Shown: piece after piece, positions 1 through 12,011 of the stretch | Layout: each line of letters begins with the position of its first letter | How positions within the stretch are numbered: the stretch's first letter is position 1 | Source of the DNA: Octopus sinensis | Lineage: Eukaryota | DNA: 64,000 bases | Reading direction: 5' to 3' | Assembly (NCBI RefSeq): GCF_006345805.1 | Contig: NC_042997.1 | Location: 50,096,001 to 50,160,000, forward strand | The notes under the pieces: generated by a model | The model's database searches: none | Seen by the model: only the letters and a program-made list of their open reading frames with translations | What the model was told of the DNA's origin: nothing | Translations under genes and position numbers: made by a program

Positions 1-569
1 TGCCATCCTAGCCATTTAATAACACCCAAAGCTGTTAAATACACTTTGTAATTCAAAATTATTCCATGAAGTGTCAAAATATTTGTCACTCTATTGTGTG
101 TATACATACATGCATGCATACATACATACATACTACATACATACATACATACATACATACTACATACATACATACATAAATACATACATACATACATATG
201 GATAAATTGAAAGGAGAGAGAGGAAGAGAGAGAGAAAGTGAGAGAGAGATTGAGAGATAGAGAGAAAGAGAGAGAGAGAGAAATACCAGCTCATATCGTG
301 TTCGACAATATTGCATATCTCAAATGAATTGTATATGAACCATTCTGATGTTCAGTGAAACGACCTCGACTTTTTTCTTGCTCGAGTCTCCTCTATTTGT
401 GTAGGGGAGGCTCGAGTAACACGAAGAAAAAGGGTTGTTAGTTTTAATTCTTTCTAATTTCATAAAATTCTCCTTCTATAAAAGTTATCATTCTCGTTTA
501 AGAAACTTTTGCATTGCCTATTCATTATTGCCTAGGAATATTTTATTTACACTGATGTTTTATTAGAAT

Positions 570-1110
570 ACTAGCTGAGATACCCGACGTTGCTCGGGAT
601 TAAAATGATATAGTTTGTATATATACGACGGTTATGTTGGAACAGGTAATACGGGAAAGTGAAGCATTGACGACAAAACGTTTGTATAGTGAATGATGGG
701 CTAATTCGACTAAGCGACATGTCATGCATCCGTTTCGAGGAATCCAGGCCCTAACATGTGATGGAAAATTGGAGTTGGGGGTAAGTGCAAAGCTGTCAGT
801 GGATATACTCTCCTTTGCGGAGGATGGCGCTGCATGTAACACGACCCATCGTATGGCTGACAGTTAAATGAATGTAGGTGTAATGGAGATATTGTACGCA
901 AATGGGAACTTTCTGCAATTTAGTTAAAATGGGAGACGGCAATGGGGAAGTGAACTGTTGAAATGTAGCAAAAGGCAAAGGGTTTACATTGGATTGCTGG
1001 TGTGGATGTAGAATAGGAAGCATAAACTGAGCCACACACTCACCGACAAATTCATATACAAAATGTGACGACACTCACATACATATAAAAAGACAAACAC
1101 ACACAAACAT
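570..1110. mobile_element. Possible non-autonomous Helitron/Helentron-type element
   Basis: The start ACTAGCTGAGATACCCGACGTTGCTCGGG resembles the CTAG plus subterminal-hairpin ends of such elements; the body is not diagnostic. Confidence 0.3.
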
Positions 1111-2170
1111 ACATAGATTTTCACCTCATTGTTTTTCAGTCGTCACATATGTATAAGTATGTGTAGATGTGTGTTTTAATCCAAATGAAAAAAGAAATTA
1201 TCACACATAGACACACATACACTCTCATATACAGTCACATATATTAAGAGATATACGCACAGATATATATATTCACGCATGTCAGTCGTCGTATATATAT
1301 ATATGTATGTGTAGATGTGTGTGTTTAATCACGTACGTAACGCGGAAATATACACACTCACAGACACATACACACTCATACATCCATTCACATACACTCA
1401 CAGATGCATGCACAATCATATACAAAATGTGACGTTGTTGTCATCATCGTCGTGGTATAAAATGTTCTTTACTATCTCGTACGTATTGAACGCGCTAACA
1501 CATATTGACACATACACACTCATACACTCACACACATACACTCACAGGCACATTATACACTCATACAATTACACATATACATTCACAGAGACGCTCATAT
1601 ACAAAATGTGACGTTGCCGTCGTCGTCACGGTATAATAAGGCCTGTACTATCGTTGACTATAGAAAGCTTATCTCTATAAAATGTTATATTGTTTTAATG
1701 GAAATCAAAAGAAAAATTAGATTATGGCAGTAGGGGGCGGTGTAATACTATTACCTTGTAAAATTTTATTTGATTTGGTCGAGACAGACAGACAAAGAAT
1801 TTTAGAGACACACTCAAACATACATTCGCGCCTGTCAGTTGTCACATATGTATATGTATGTATAGTTGTGTATGTGTGTGTGAGTATTTAATAACGTATC
1901 TAACGTGGAAACACACACACACACTCACAGGCAATACACACTCATGCACTCACACACATACACTCACAGACACATACACACTCATATACAAAATGTGTCG
2001 TCGTCCTTGTATACAATGTCCATTAGTGTAGTTGGCTATAGAAAGATTATCACTATAAAAGGTTATATTCCTTTAATCGAAATGAAAAAATTACATGTTG
2101 ACACTCGTGGCGGGGTGGGGGGTTATACTATCTCCAAGTGAAATTGTATTTGATTTGGTCGAGGCGTTTG
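1080..2170. repeat. Old imperfect tandem duplications of CA-rich units
   Basis: ATACAAAATGTG(A/T)CG recurs at ~1056, 1420, 1600 and 1987; CTATAGAAAG..ATC.CTATAAAA.GTTATATT...TATTTGATTTGGTCGAG occurs at ~1657-1783 and ~2037-2163. Confidence 0.7.
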
Positions 2171-3024
2171 AGAATGCATAGGGAACAGGCAGACAGGCAA
2201 AGACGTCTGTGAATTCTGAATATATTTTTTTTTTAGCGAAGCTGTAGAGACAACTTATTTCTTTTTATTCAGAAGATGTTTTCCAAAGATTTTTCTTTTT
2301 CAGTTTAGTTGCAAAACTTGTTCCTAATTATCTGCATTTGAACATTGACATACAAAAGTTGTCAGTGTTTAGCTCCAGGAAAGCTTTTATCAAGCAGACA
2401 CCTAAGATCAAAAACGTTCCAGCTGTATTTATCCTGCTTTGGTTTTCGCGTGTCAGGGACTACATTGTCCAACAAATATATAATTTATTTAAGATCTAAG
2501 GTTGTAATTTGAAGGAGATTTGGCCGGTCAACCATGTAAAAACTCCTGTCTTACTGGCTTGTAGAGACACTGCTTTTAACGGTGATGCATGAGGGAGTGC
2601 CGAAAACCTCCTGGCTTTAAGGGTATCACGAAAGACCTGGTTGGAGGTCCAACCTTCCGAGTACTTTTACAAGGAGGACCGCTGCAATAAGTGTGTGGAT
2701 CTGAGAGGGGTATCATAATTAACTGATCTTCCTGTATTTTCTTTTACCCAAGCCAAGAACTTTTCAGCACCCCTCGTATATGTACGCAGTTTCTCTACGC
2801 CATCCTTTATCTTTTATCCTTTATCTGTTTTGGTCTCCGCCATGAAGGGTTTCAAGTCGGACGAATCGACCCATCTACTTATTTTTAAAGCCCGGTACGT
2901 ATTCTAGCGGTCTCTGTTGCCGAACCCGCAACTTACGAGGACGAGGACGTAAATAAACCAATACCGCTTATCAAGTGGTGGTAGTTGACCAGCACAAAAA
3001 CAAAGACACTCACGCTCACACACA

Positions 3025-3083
<59 letters not shown>

Positions 3084-5481
3084 GCACGATGGGCTTCTTT
3101 CTGTTTCCGCCTACCAAATCCACTGACAAGGCTCTGGTCGCTCCAGGACACAGCTGATGAAGACACGTGCCGAAGACGCTATGCTGTGGGACTGAACTCC
3201 AAAGCATGTGGCTGGGAAGCAAAATTCGTACCACACACCAACGCCCGCGCGTATATAGACATCTCTAAAATATTTCGATTAGTGACTAGCTAAATGACAT
3301 ATTAGGTCATTATGTAGAAATTCAGTTCTATTTGTGAAAACCCGGTTTAGTATAGATCTGCTATGTAGTTACAGCTCATCTACGACACAGTAGAACCATG
3401 ACATTCATGAGGTTGGTCAGATAATTCGGTTCCATGCACAAGTTTCAATGTTCTAGCTATAAACAATATTGCACATTACGAATACATTAAGCATCATATG
3501 GATCGCAGCGTAGCAGTTTGGATATCTTTTGCTATTGTATTATCCTGTTCTATTTTTATATGAGTTAACGAAAGAACCTGAACGAATTCACTGGTATTTG
3601 TAGAAATATCCTTTAAAATGATTTCAACTTTCTCCCCAAAGCCTTATTTTTATAAAAGAATGTAAGAAAGAACATAATCTTCTATACAATATGCTAGATG
3701 AGACGTTGTGTGGTATCGCTTTTGAGCCTTTGAATCAAGAGAGTTGTTTAAATGATGACTAATGTTTGATCAGGCTTTTGTATTTTGGATGCTGTGAAAA
3801 TAATTTATTGTGTAAAGCTGAACCGAAGTGTCATAAATATAGTCTGTTGCTGAATTATATTATGACACATAAATATAGAGGAAGGCAATCCCAAACCCTA
3901 TTCGAATATGAAGGGATGATATCAGTTTTAAACTGATGTCAACATGCAAATATATTTTTCCGTCATATTTTCTGATGTTACTTTACAAATTGTAATGTAG
4001 CATTTACATACGATAGTCTTAAATGGATGAGCAAAAACGGATTTTAGCTATGGAAATACCCATCTCTTGATTTGCATAGACAAGATCTTTTAAGATGGAG
4101 ATTTTTATGTTGGATTCTTTTCGATATGAGGTATTGAATTTGAAGTATATTCATAAATTGGAGTGATGTTTCAGATGTTGCTTGTAGCCTAGTTGGTTCC
4201 TATCACATTGATTGAAGATGTATGCATTGGATGCCAAGAGACTTTTCACAGCAATCTATAAACCCGATGTAATATTCAAGATAATCCTTTGTATTATCCA
4301 ATATATCAATATTTAGTATTGATATATTGCTAGTATCATATTGGTTTTGCCTGTATTTTCAATTATTAAATTGCTGGTGCGTTAACAGGGATTTGTTTCA
4401 ATGCTATGCTGCTCTACAGTGTATAGATTTTTTTAGCCAATACTCAATTTGCAAACAAACGTAAATGCATTGCTTTTTCTCAATATCTTCGTGGACAGAA
4501 AAAGAGGTGAAATCATGACAAAAGATTGAAAATTATCTGTCTAATCCCTCTTTTTCTGGCCACAAATATATTATATGTAAATATAAGGTGTTTGAATCTT
4601 TCTATACATATAGTGTTCACCAAAATATATAGATAACTTTTGGTGGTATTTTCCATCGATATAGTCTTTAATTGCTTGTGGTGTGATCTATATCTAAACA
4701 AATACCTATTTTTAGCTGCGTTTGAACCAAGAAACATTATTCTAGCGTAGGTTTTTAATATTCTGAAATATAATGTCCTCGTAAAGTGAAAACGTATTTC
4801 TTTTTTGATAAGTCGCTTTTCTTTCGGAGTTTTGTCACTCTTTATTTACCATTGTCTTTATCTCACTTTTAAAAGTATTACTCGAAGCTATTTTGCTGTT
4901 ATCTTACTTTTAAGGGTATTAATACAAGAAGCTTTTTTCACACGGAGGTCAATATTCATGAATAATTACCGAAATCGATAAAATATGAAAAGAGCGCCAA
5001 TGATCTTTCTTCTCCAAACATTACAGAACTATTTTATCATTGATACTATATTAATATGTTTGAGAGTTCAAACGTTTAGCTTCAATCTAATCCTAGATAT
5101 CCATCTTACTAAGAAACTACCTGGCTGTCTTCTTAAAGAGCCTGGAAATGCATATTCATTTAGTCCAAAAACATAATCTCAGCAACATTCCTTTACTTTC
5201 GCACCAAATCCTTTATTAAAGCTATTAAAAAGAAAGAACCGTTATATCTTCCAAAAGAAGCGAGAAAGACAAGGCAGTGAAATACCTTTATTCTCTCTCT
5301 CTCTCTCTTCCCTTCTCTCTCTCGCTCTCTCTCGCTCACTCTCTTTTTCTTTCTGAAGTCTTTAGCAAATATATTTTTCGAAACGGTTTATAATAATAGT
5401 TCAATGAGTTTGGAAATCGGTTAATAATTGGTACTTGAGCGCTTTTATATATTCAAGAAATTCTTCGTATATAGTCTAAAC

Positions 5482-5777
5482 CAGTGCTTCTCAAACAATC
5501 GGATGTGGCGTACCGATAGTTTTTTTTCCCCCAATGTGCCAGGGACTGGTCATATTTCTTAGTAATATTAATTTATACCGGAAACAATATATATAATAAA
5601 ATATATATAATAAAAGTTAACAATTTTTTTATCTTATATTTATTTTGTAAACAAATGATACAATATTACGTAAGCATTTTATAATGTTTCTTTCTTTCCT
5701 GGAAACTCGCTGCGCACCGGCAGCTGATGGCCCGCGAACCGGTGCCGGTCCGCGGACCACCACTTTGAGTAGTACTG
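5482..5777. mobile_element. hAT (Charlie-like) MITE
   Basis: Ends CAGTGCTTCTCAAA / TTTGAGTAGTACTG. The 8-bp flanks GTCTAAAC and CTTTAAAC match at 6 of 8 positions. Confidence 0.75.
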
Positions 5778-6011
5778 CTTTAAACATTAGTATCTTCTAA
5801 GAGTCCATTTTCTGAAACAAAGCAATTCCATTTACTTTCATTAATGCATTTTTTAATATGATGATCAATTTATTTATTTAATGCAACTTGGTTTTTCTAA
5901 TTATTTAGATGTTAACATAATCAGAGAGAAGAGCCAAAACAGTTTTAGCGTCATAAACGAAAATAACATACATACATGCATAGACGCACACACAGACACT
6001 ATATATATATA

Positions 6012-6425
6012 TAGGAGTGGCTGTGTGGTAAGTAGCTTGCTAACCAACCACATGGTTCCGGGTTCAGTCCCACTGCGTGGCATCTTGGGCAAGTGTCTTC
6101 TGCTATAGCCCCGGGCCGACCAATGCCTTGTGAGTGGATTTGGTAGACGGAAACTGAAAGAAGCCTGTCGTATATATGTATATATATATATATAAGTGTG
6201 TGTGTGTATGTTTGTGTGTCTGTGTTTGTCCCCCTAGCATTGCTTGACAACCGATGCTGGTGTGTTTATGTCTCCGTCACTTGGCGGTTCGGCAAAAGAG
6301 ACCGATAGAATAAGTACTGGGCTTACAAAGAATAAGTCCCGGGGCCGATTTGCTCGACTAAAGGCGGTGCTCCAGCATGGCCTCAGTCAAATGACTGAAA
6401 CAAGTAAAAGAGTAAAAGAGTAAAA
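6012..6425 (+). mobile_element. tRNA-derived SINE, family B (GGAGTGGCTGTGTGGTAAG head, CORE-like CTTGGGCAAGTG, internal TA/TG microsatellite, (GTAAAAGA)n tail)
   Basis: Near-identical copies at ~15000-15402 (-), 21973-22275 (+), 39805-40310 (-), 40340-40650 (-), 49590-50043 (-), 57278-57610 (-) and 62467-62870 (+). Decayed copies at ~2820-3245, 22790-22975, 24590-24890, 44700-45490, 45920-46090 and 56590-56775. It resembles the described octopus tRNA-SINEs; the family name is not verified. Confidence 0.9.
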
Positions 6426-6467
6426 GAGTATATATATATATATATATATATAGCGAGAGAGAGAGAG

Positions 6468-6565
<98 letters not shown>

Positions 6566-6850
6566 GATAACTAGAGAGAGATAGACGAAGAGAGACCGCA
6601 GGAGGGAGAGAGAGTAATATGCCTTTTGTTCGAGACTGCCCCTCATTTGAATCCTGTTGGCAATTTCTGTTGAGTAACTGGGTTTGCATTTTTATATCGT
6701 CTTGACGCCTGTGTTTATTAGAAGCAGCCATGATTATTTTGGGAATGCGATTGTGGCGTTGTTGTGTTCTGTTAACTTGATTAAATTTTCTGGTGGAACT
6801 GGTTTCACTGGACCTTTGTAGAGTTCGTAAAGGTATTTTGCTTTGTCCAT

Positions 6851-6897
<47 letters not shown>

Positions 6898-7754
6898 TGT
6901 GTGAGTGAGTGTGTGTGTGTGTGTAGTTGTGTATGTGTGTGTACTGTGAAGATTATGAGTGCATGGTCATAGGAGATTTTTGGAATGTTTGCCATTGGGA
7001 TCAATTTAATCTTAAAATATAAATTATTTTAATTGGTTTATATCTGAACAGGAAAAACAAAAACAAAAAGAAATATAAAGCACCAAATAGGCACTAAGAT
7101 GTAAACAACTTCAGAAATAATTCGATGAAAAATTTGCATTCATCACTCGCCAACTAATGCAGTAAGTGTTAGTGAAATACGTCGAAGTAATCTTAAGATC
7201 GGTTGTGAAAGAACTAATAGAAATAAGAAAATAACTGGAAAAAAATGACACAAGTAGAAGATTGGAATGTATACTTAGAGATAAATAAATAGAAATAGCC
7301 TCTATGTATTGCGCAGATAGAGCACTGGAAAATGCGTAGCAAAACTCATTAAACATAGTTTTATTGTTACATCGGAAGGATGGATGTAGCACAAAATATA
7401 TTTACCGTAATATGAGATGCACGCGGAATTAATATCCTAGAAGTGATTTTTTTTTCTAAGACAAAAATATAATAAAAGAAATATCAACTCACTATTCAGA
7501 AAGTAGAGGTATTCTCGAATACACTAACCTATATAACTAAAATAATATTGTCTCTGTTTGTTATACTTATGATTGACTTTGATGTTTAGAAACATATTGA
7601 CCCGGCATTCACCCTTACACAATTAGAAGACAATTGAGTTCTGCAGACAGTTGACTTACATTATGTAGACTGAACATCGAAAACTATTGAATCACTTGGA
7701 TTCTTGATTCGAATAATATATACACCATATATATGTTTTAGTATATTTGCTGCA

Positions 7755-7846
<92 letters not shown>

Positions 7847-8093
7847 GTCTGTCTGTCTCTCTTAAGTTTACGCTAAAAAATCATAGGCTCGAAGAGTAAA
7901 GGAAAGTCAAAATGAACAACTGGAAACCTTTTCTACTCTAGAACCTTTTGTACTTTAGGCACAAGGCCCGAAATTTTGTGGGGAGGGGGCCAGTCGGTTA
8001 GATCGACTCCAGTGTGTAACTGGTACTTAATTTATCGACCCCGAAAGGATGAAAGGCAAAGTCGACCTCGGCGGAATTTGAACTCAGAACGTA

Positions 8094-11000
8094 TTGTATT
8101 GGCATCCTTTCTGTCTCGGGAGACAATGGAGTTGCGCATGAAGTAGTCTAGTCCGGCTTTTATATTTCATGTCCTGATACATTTCCTGCTGTGGCTGTGT
8201 AGTCCTATCCTGGACAAACACTCCCTCTGGCAGGTACCGCAAATGTAGCGAAGACTGTTCCTGGCTGGTTGTAGTGCCATAGTCTCTTGTTTACGTCTCT
8301 TCCTTTCTTTCCATTTCTCCTCTCTCTCTCTCTCTCTCTCTCTCTGTCACTCCTTTGTATTCCCTCTTTTACGGTACGTCGCCATTCTCCACGGTTGCCG
8401 GCAACTGCCTCCCAACCGCTAATATTGATGTTGCAGGCCTTCATGTCCCTTTTGCAAACATCCTTGTAACGTAAGATCGGTCTACCCACAGACCTAGTAC
8501 CCCTAGCAAGCTCTCCGTAGAGTATGTCCTTGGGGATTCTGCCATCTTTCATACGGCTAACATGCCCAAGCCATCTCATACGTCTTTGTGTGAGGAGTGC
8601 AAACATGCTTGGTATTCCTGCTTGCCTGAGGACATCTTTGTTGGGGATATGATTCTGCCATTTGATGCGGAGGATTTTTCGGAGGCAGCGCAAGTGAAAG
8701 ATGTTTAGGCGACGCTCTTGGCGTGTGTATAGCGTCCAGGTCTCGCTTCCATACAGTAGAGTGCTGAGTACACATGCCTGGTAGATCTTCATTTTCGTGG
8801 TCTTGGTCAGCTTATTGTTGTCCCAAGCCCGTTTGGAGAGTTGGGCCATCGCAGCAGCTGCCTTGCCAATGCGTATATTGAGCTCAGCGTCAAGGGATAG
8901 GTTGTAGGTGACGGTAGAGCCCAGATAGGTAAACTTCTCCACCTCTTGTAATCTGTGGTCTCCAATATGTATGTTTGGGATGTCCGATGTAGCCTGACCC
9001 ATGATGTTGGTCTTCTTAAGGCTGATAGCTAAGCCAAAGTCGTTACATGCTTGCTCAAAACAGTTAATGAGCCTTTGGGGGGCTTCTTCTGTGTGTGTTA
9101 CCAGAGCGGCATCATCAGCAAATAACATCTCCTTGATCAGGACGTTTCTGATTTTGGTCTTGGCACGCAGGCGCGAGAGATTGAACAGTTTCCCGTCACT
9201 TCTACTGTGCAGAAACACTCCATCATCTGATGTCCAAAAGACATGTGAAAGTAAGAGCGAGAAGATGCCACACAATGTAGGAGCGAGGACACAGCCTTGC
9301 TTTACCCCGTTTTTTATTTGGAAGGCGGCTGATGTTGAACCGTTGTGCTGTATGGTGCTTTGCATGTCATCATGGAAAGACTTGATGATCCTCAGCAGCT
9401 TTGGTGGACATCCGAGTTTTTGGAGCAGGATGAAGAGGCCTGTTCTGCTTACCGAGTCAAAACCCTTTGTTAGATCAATGAAGGCCATATATAATGGCAT
9501 TTTCTGCTCTCTGGACTTCTCCTGAAGTTGGCGTATGGAGAATATCATATCGATAGTTGATCTGCTTCTTCTAAAGCCACACTGCGATTCCGGATAGATT
9601 CGAGAAGCAAGTAGTTGTAGCCTGGCCAGGATAACGCGGGCAAAGGTCTTTCCAACAGTGCTTAGAAGGGATATACCACGGTAATTGTTACAATCACCAC
9701 GGTCACCTTTGTTTTTGTAAAGCGTAATGATGTTGGCATCCCGCATATCCTGAGGGACTGTACCCTCTTCCCAGCACTGACACAGAAGCTCATGAAGGTG
9801 CCGAAGCAGGATGGTGTTTTTGCCGGCTTTGACGATCTCTGAGGGGATGCCGTCTTTTCTCGGAGCCTTATTTCTTGCTAGGGAGTCAACAGCCTTGGTG
9901 AGCTCTGCTATAGATGGCGGACTGTCAAGTTCGCACATGACTGGCAAGATCTTGACACTCTCGACTGCAGCCTCAGCCACTGTGGTCTCCCGTGAGTAGA
10001 GATCCTGGTAGTGCTCCACCCATCTATCCATTTGCTTGCCTTGATACCTGATGAGATCTCCAGTAGTTGATTTCAGAGGGGCTGACTTGGTTGCGGATGG
10101 ACCGAGGGCCTTCTTCAAACCGGCATACATCCCACGGGTGTCGCCCCTGTCAGCAGCTGACTGGATACTCTGACAGATTTCCTGCCAATACCTATTTGCA
10201 CAGCGTCTGGCTGTCAGTTGGGTTTTATTTCGTGCCTTTCTGAGTTCTTCGAGTGACTTTGTAGAAGAGTCACTCTTGTATTGCACCAGAGCTGCACGCT
10301 TTGCTTCGATAACTGGCTCCAGCTCTGAGAGCCCAGCATTGAACCAATCTGGGTTTTGCCTTTCTCTCATGCCGAAAGTATCCAATGATGTCGTATACAA
10401 GGCTTCCCTGATATAGTCCCACCTACTTTCAGCAGAGGAGGTTGGGCAGCCACTGAGGGCAACCTTGATAGAAGCAGCAAAACATTTTCGCAGTGTAGGG
10501 TCCGAGGTTCTGGCGGTGTTGATGCGTGGTCGGCCTACTTTCTTGGAGCGATGGACTTTTTTAGGCAGAATCCTCACCCTGCTTCTAATTAGTGAGTGGC
10601 CTGTGTCACAATCCGCGCTGTGGTAACTGCGGGTCAATAGAGTAGAATTCAGAAAAGATCTCCGTGTAATGATGAGATCCAGCTGATGCCAGTGGTGAGA
10701 TCTTGGATGTCTCCAGGATGCCTCGTGGGATGGCTTGTTGGTAAAGAATGAGTTTGTGATGCACAGGTTGTGGTATGTGCAGAATTCGAGTAGTCTCTGA
10801 CCATTGTCATTCATGTTGCCAATACCAAAGTGTCCAACACAAATGGGCCACGAATCATGGTCAGATCCCACGCGAGCGTTAAAATCCCCTAGAAGGCAAA
10901 TATTTTCAGTCGTTGGTATATTTTCTATGACACAGTTGAGATCTTTGTAGAACTGGTCCTTGGTCTCCTCTGAGCTGTAGAGAGTGGGAGCATAGAGGCT

Positions 11001-11986
11001 GAGTAGATGTACTGAGCCAGAAGAAGTCGAGAGGCGCAGTGAGAGGATACGCTCAGTGCCTCCCGATGGTGGTTCTATTGAGGAGAGTAGTGAGTTTCTC
11101 ACTGCAAAGCCAACGCCATGTTGACGAGGTTCTTCTGGATCTCTTCCCTGCCAAAAGAAGGTGAAATCCTGCTCTTTGAGTTTGCCGTTTGAGGGAAGTC
11201 TTGTCTCCTGCAGCCCAGCAATATCTATGTTGAGCTTCTTTAGTTCACGGTCAAGGATGGCCGTTTTCCTTGTGTCTTCAATCCTGCGAAGATCATCAGA
11301 TATTCCAGGACACATGGTCCTGATATTCCAGCTTGCCAACCGCAGAACTGGTATTTTCTTGACTTTTAGTTGCTTGCCTGGTGCAGAGGTTGCAGGCCGC
11401 TTTTCGAGTCGTACTCTTAGCTCCAAGCATCCAATGGAGCAGGCGGCTTGTGGCGGGTCAGCACCTTATTAACTGGGGGCTGCCCAGCTTGAGGTGGGCA
11501 GTAGTTAACCAATAGGACACGGAAGTCCCTCCCACCGTCAGAGGTAACCCGTAGCGCCCATATTTTACGTCAATCTGAATGGACTTATCACTCGTGACTG
11601 TTACCTCCCGTGTTGTTTCTGCAGCTTTTTACAGCAGCACTGAAGTGTCCTCTCCAGTTTTGCGCAGGCCTGGGCTATAGGTAAGAAAGTCCTGGGTAGC
11701 CCAATCGTCAGGTTTCCTCTCTCGACCTTGCTGATGTTGTCCAGTGGAGTGCAGTGCATTACGTTTGGCACCAGCTTGGTTGCAGGAGCTGCCGGAAGAG
11801 TGTCGAGTCGAACACTAGACCGCCTTCGGGGCTCCACTCCGGATTTCTTTGAAGGTTGTCTCCTTTCCGTAACCCTGGATAGGGGCCCATACCGGGTACT
11901 GTCAGCCGGAGCCAGCTGAGCCCGGAACTCGTGTCAGGCAGGGTCGTCACTCCCTGAAGTAGTGAAGAAGTTCGCTACCCACTACC
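8094..11986 (-). mobile_element. Full-length RTE-clade non-LTR retrotransposon (~3.9 kb) inserted into a SINE
   Basis: Single APE+RT ORF, a ~560-nt 5' UTR and a 3' end ...GAAAGGATGCCAATACAA. The duplication CAGAACGTA flanks it at 8085-8093 and 11987-11995. The SINE sequence ...GAACTCAGAACGTA|ACGGCAGACG is interrupted exactly there. Confidence 0.93.
8205..11426 (-). CDS. RTE ORF: apurinic-like endonuclease + reverse transcriptase (1073 aa as called); C-terminal zinc-finger-like tail frameshifted
   Basis: APE motifs LASWNIRT, IAGLQETR, LLGDFNARVG, HQLDLI. RT motifs YRGISLLS, QCGFR, FIDLTKGFD, GVKQGCVLAP, LFADD, YLGS. The called start is TTG; the first in-frame ATG (MCPG) lies after the first APE motif. 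Confidence 0.9.
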   Translation of the reverse strand: MELRVRLEKRPATSAPGKQLKVKKIPVLRLASWNIRTMCPGISDDLRRIEDTRKTAILDRELKKLNIDIAGLQETRLPSNGKLKEQDFTFFWQGRDPEEPRQHGVGFAVRNSLLSSIEPPSGGTERILSLRLSTSSGSVHLLSLYAPTLYSSEETKDQFYKDLNCVIENIPTTENICLLGDFNARVGSDHDSWPICVGHFGIGNMNDNGQRLLEFCTYHNLCITNSFFTNKPSHEASWRHPRSHHWHQLDLIITRRSFLNSTLLTRSYHSADCDTGHSLIRSRVRILPKKVHRSKKVGRPRINTARTSDPTLRKCFAASIKVALSGCPTSSAESRWDYIREALYTTSLDTFGMRERQNPDWFNAGLSELEPVIEAKRAALVQYKSDSSTKSLEELRKARNKTQLTARRCANRYWQEICQSIQSAADRGDTRGMYAGLKKALGPSATKSAPLKSTTGDLIRYQGKQMDRWVEHYQDLYSRETTVAEAAVESVKILPVMCELDSPPSIAELTKAVDSLARNKAPRKDGIPSEIVKAGKNTILLRHLHELLCQCWEEGTVPQDMRDANIITLYKNKGDRGDCNNYRGISLLSTVGKTFARVILARLQLLASRIYPESQCGFRRSRSTIDMIFSIRQLQEKSREQKMPLYMAFIDLTKGFDSVSRTGLFILLQKLGCPPKLLRIIKSFHDDMQSTIQHNGSTSAAFQIKNGVKQGCVLAPTLCGIFSLLLSHVFWTSDDGVFLHSRSDGKLFNLSRLRAKTKIRNVLIKEMLFADDAALVTHTEEAPQRLINCFEQACNDFGLAISLKKTNIMGQATSDIPNIHIGDHRLQEVEKFTYLGSTVTYNLSLDAELNIRIGKAAAAMAQLSKRAWDNNKLTKTTKMKIYQACVLSTLLYGSETWTLYTRQERRLNIFHLRCLRKILRIKWQNHIPNKDVLRQAGIPSMFALLTQRRMRWLGHVSRMKDGRIPKDILYGELARGTRSVGRPILRYKDVCKRDMKACNINISGWEAVAGNRGEWRRTVKEGIQRSDRERERERERRNGKKGRDVNKRLWHYNQPGTVFATFAVPARGSVCPG

Positions 11987-12011
11987 CAGAACGTAACGGC
12001 AGACGAAAAAC

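Noticed and set aside
3143-3178. CTGATGA followed by GAAG, a possible hammerhead
   Set aside because: It lies in a decayed family B SINE head, with no stems and no GAAA.
6615-6850. Coding-looking stretch on minus (MDKAKYLYELYKGP...)
   Set aside because: It has in-frame stops and no recognisable family.
9001-9525. 174-aa plus-strand ORF
   Set aside because: It lies antisense to the RT coding region and is a shadow ORF.
11601-11837. 78-aa upstream ORF in the RTE 5' UTR
   Set aside because: It starts at GTG, has no recognisable motif, and fits UTR sequence that lacks stops by chance.
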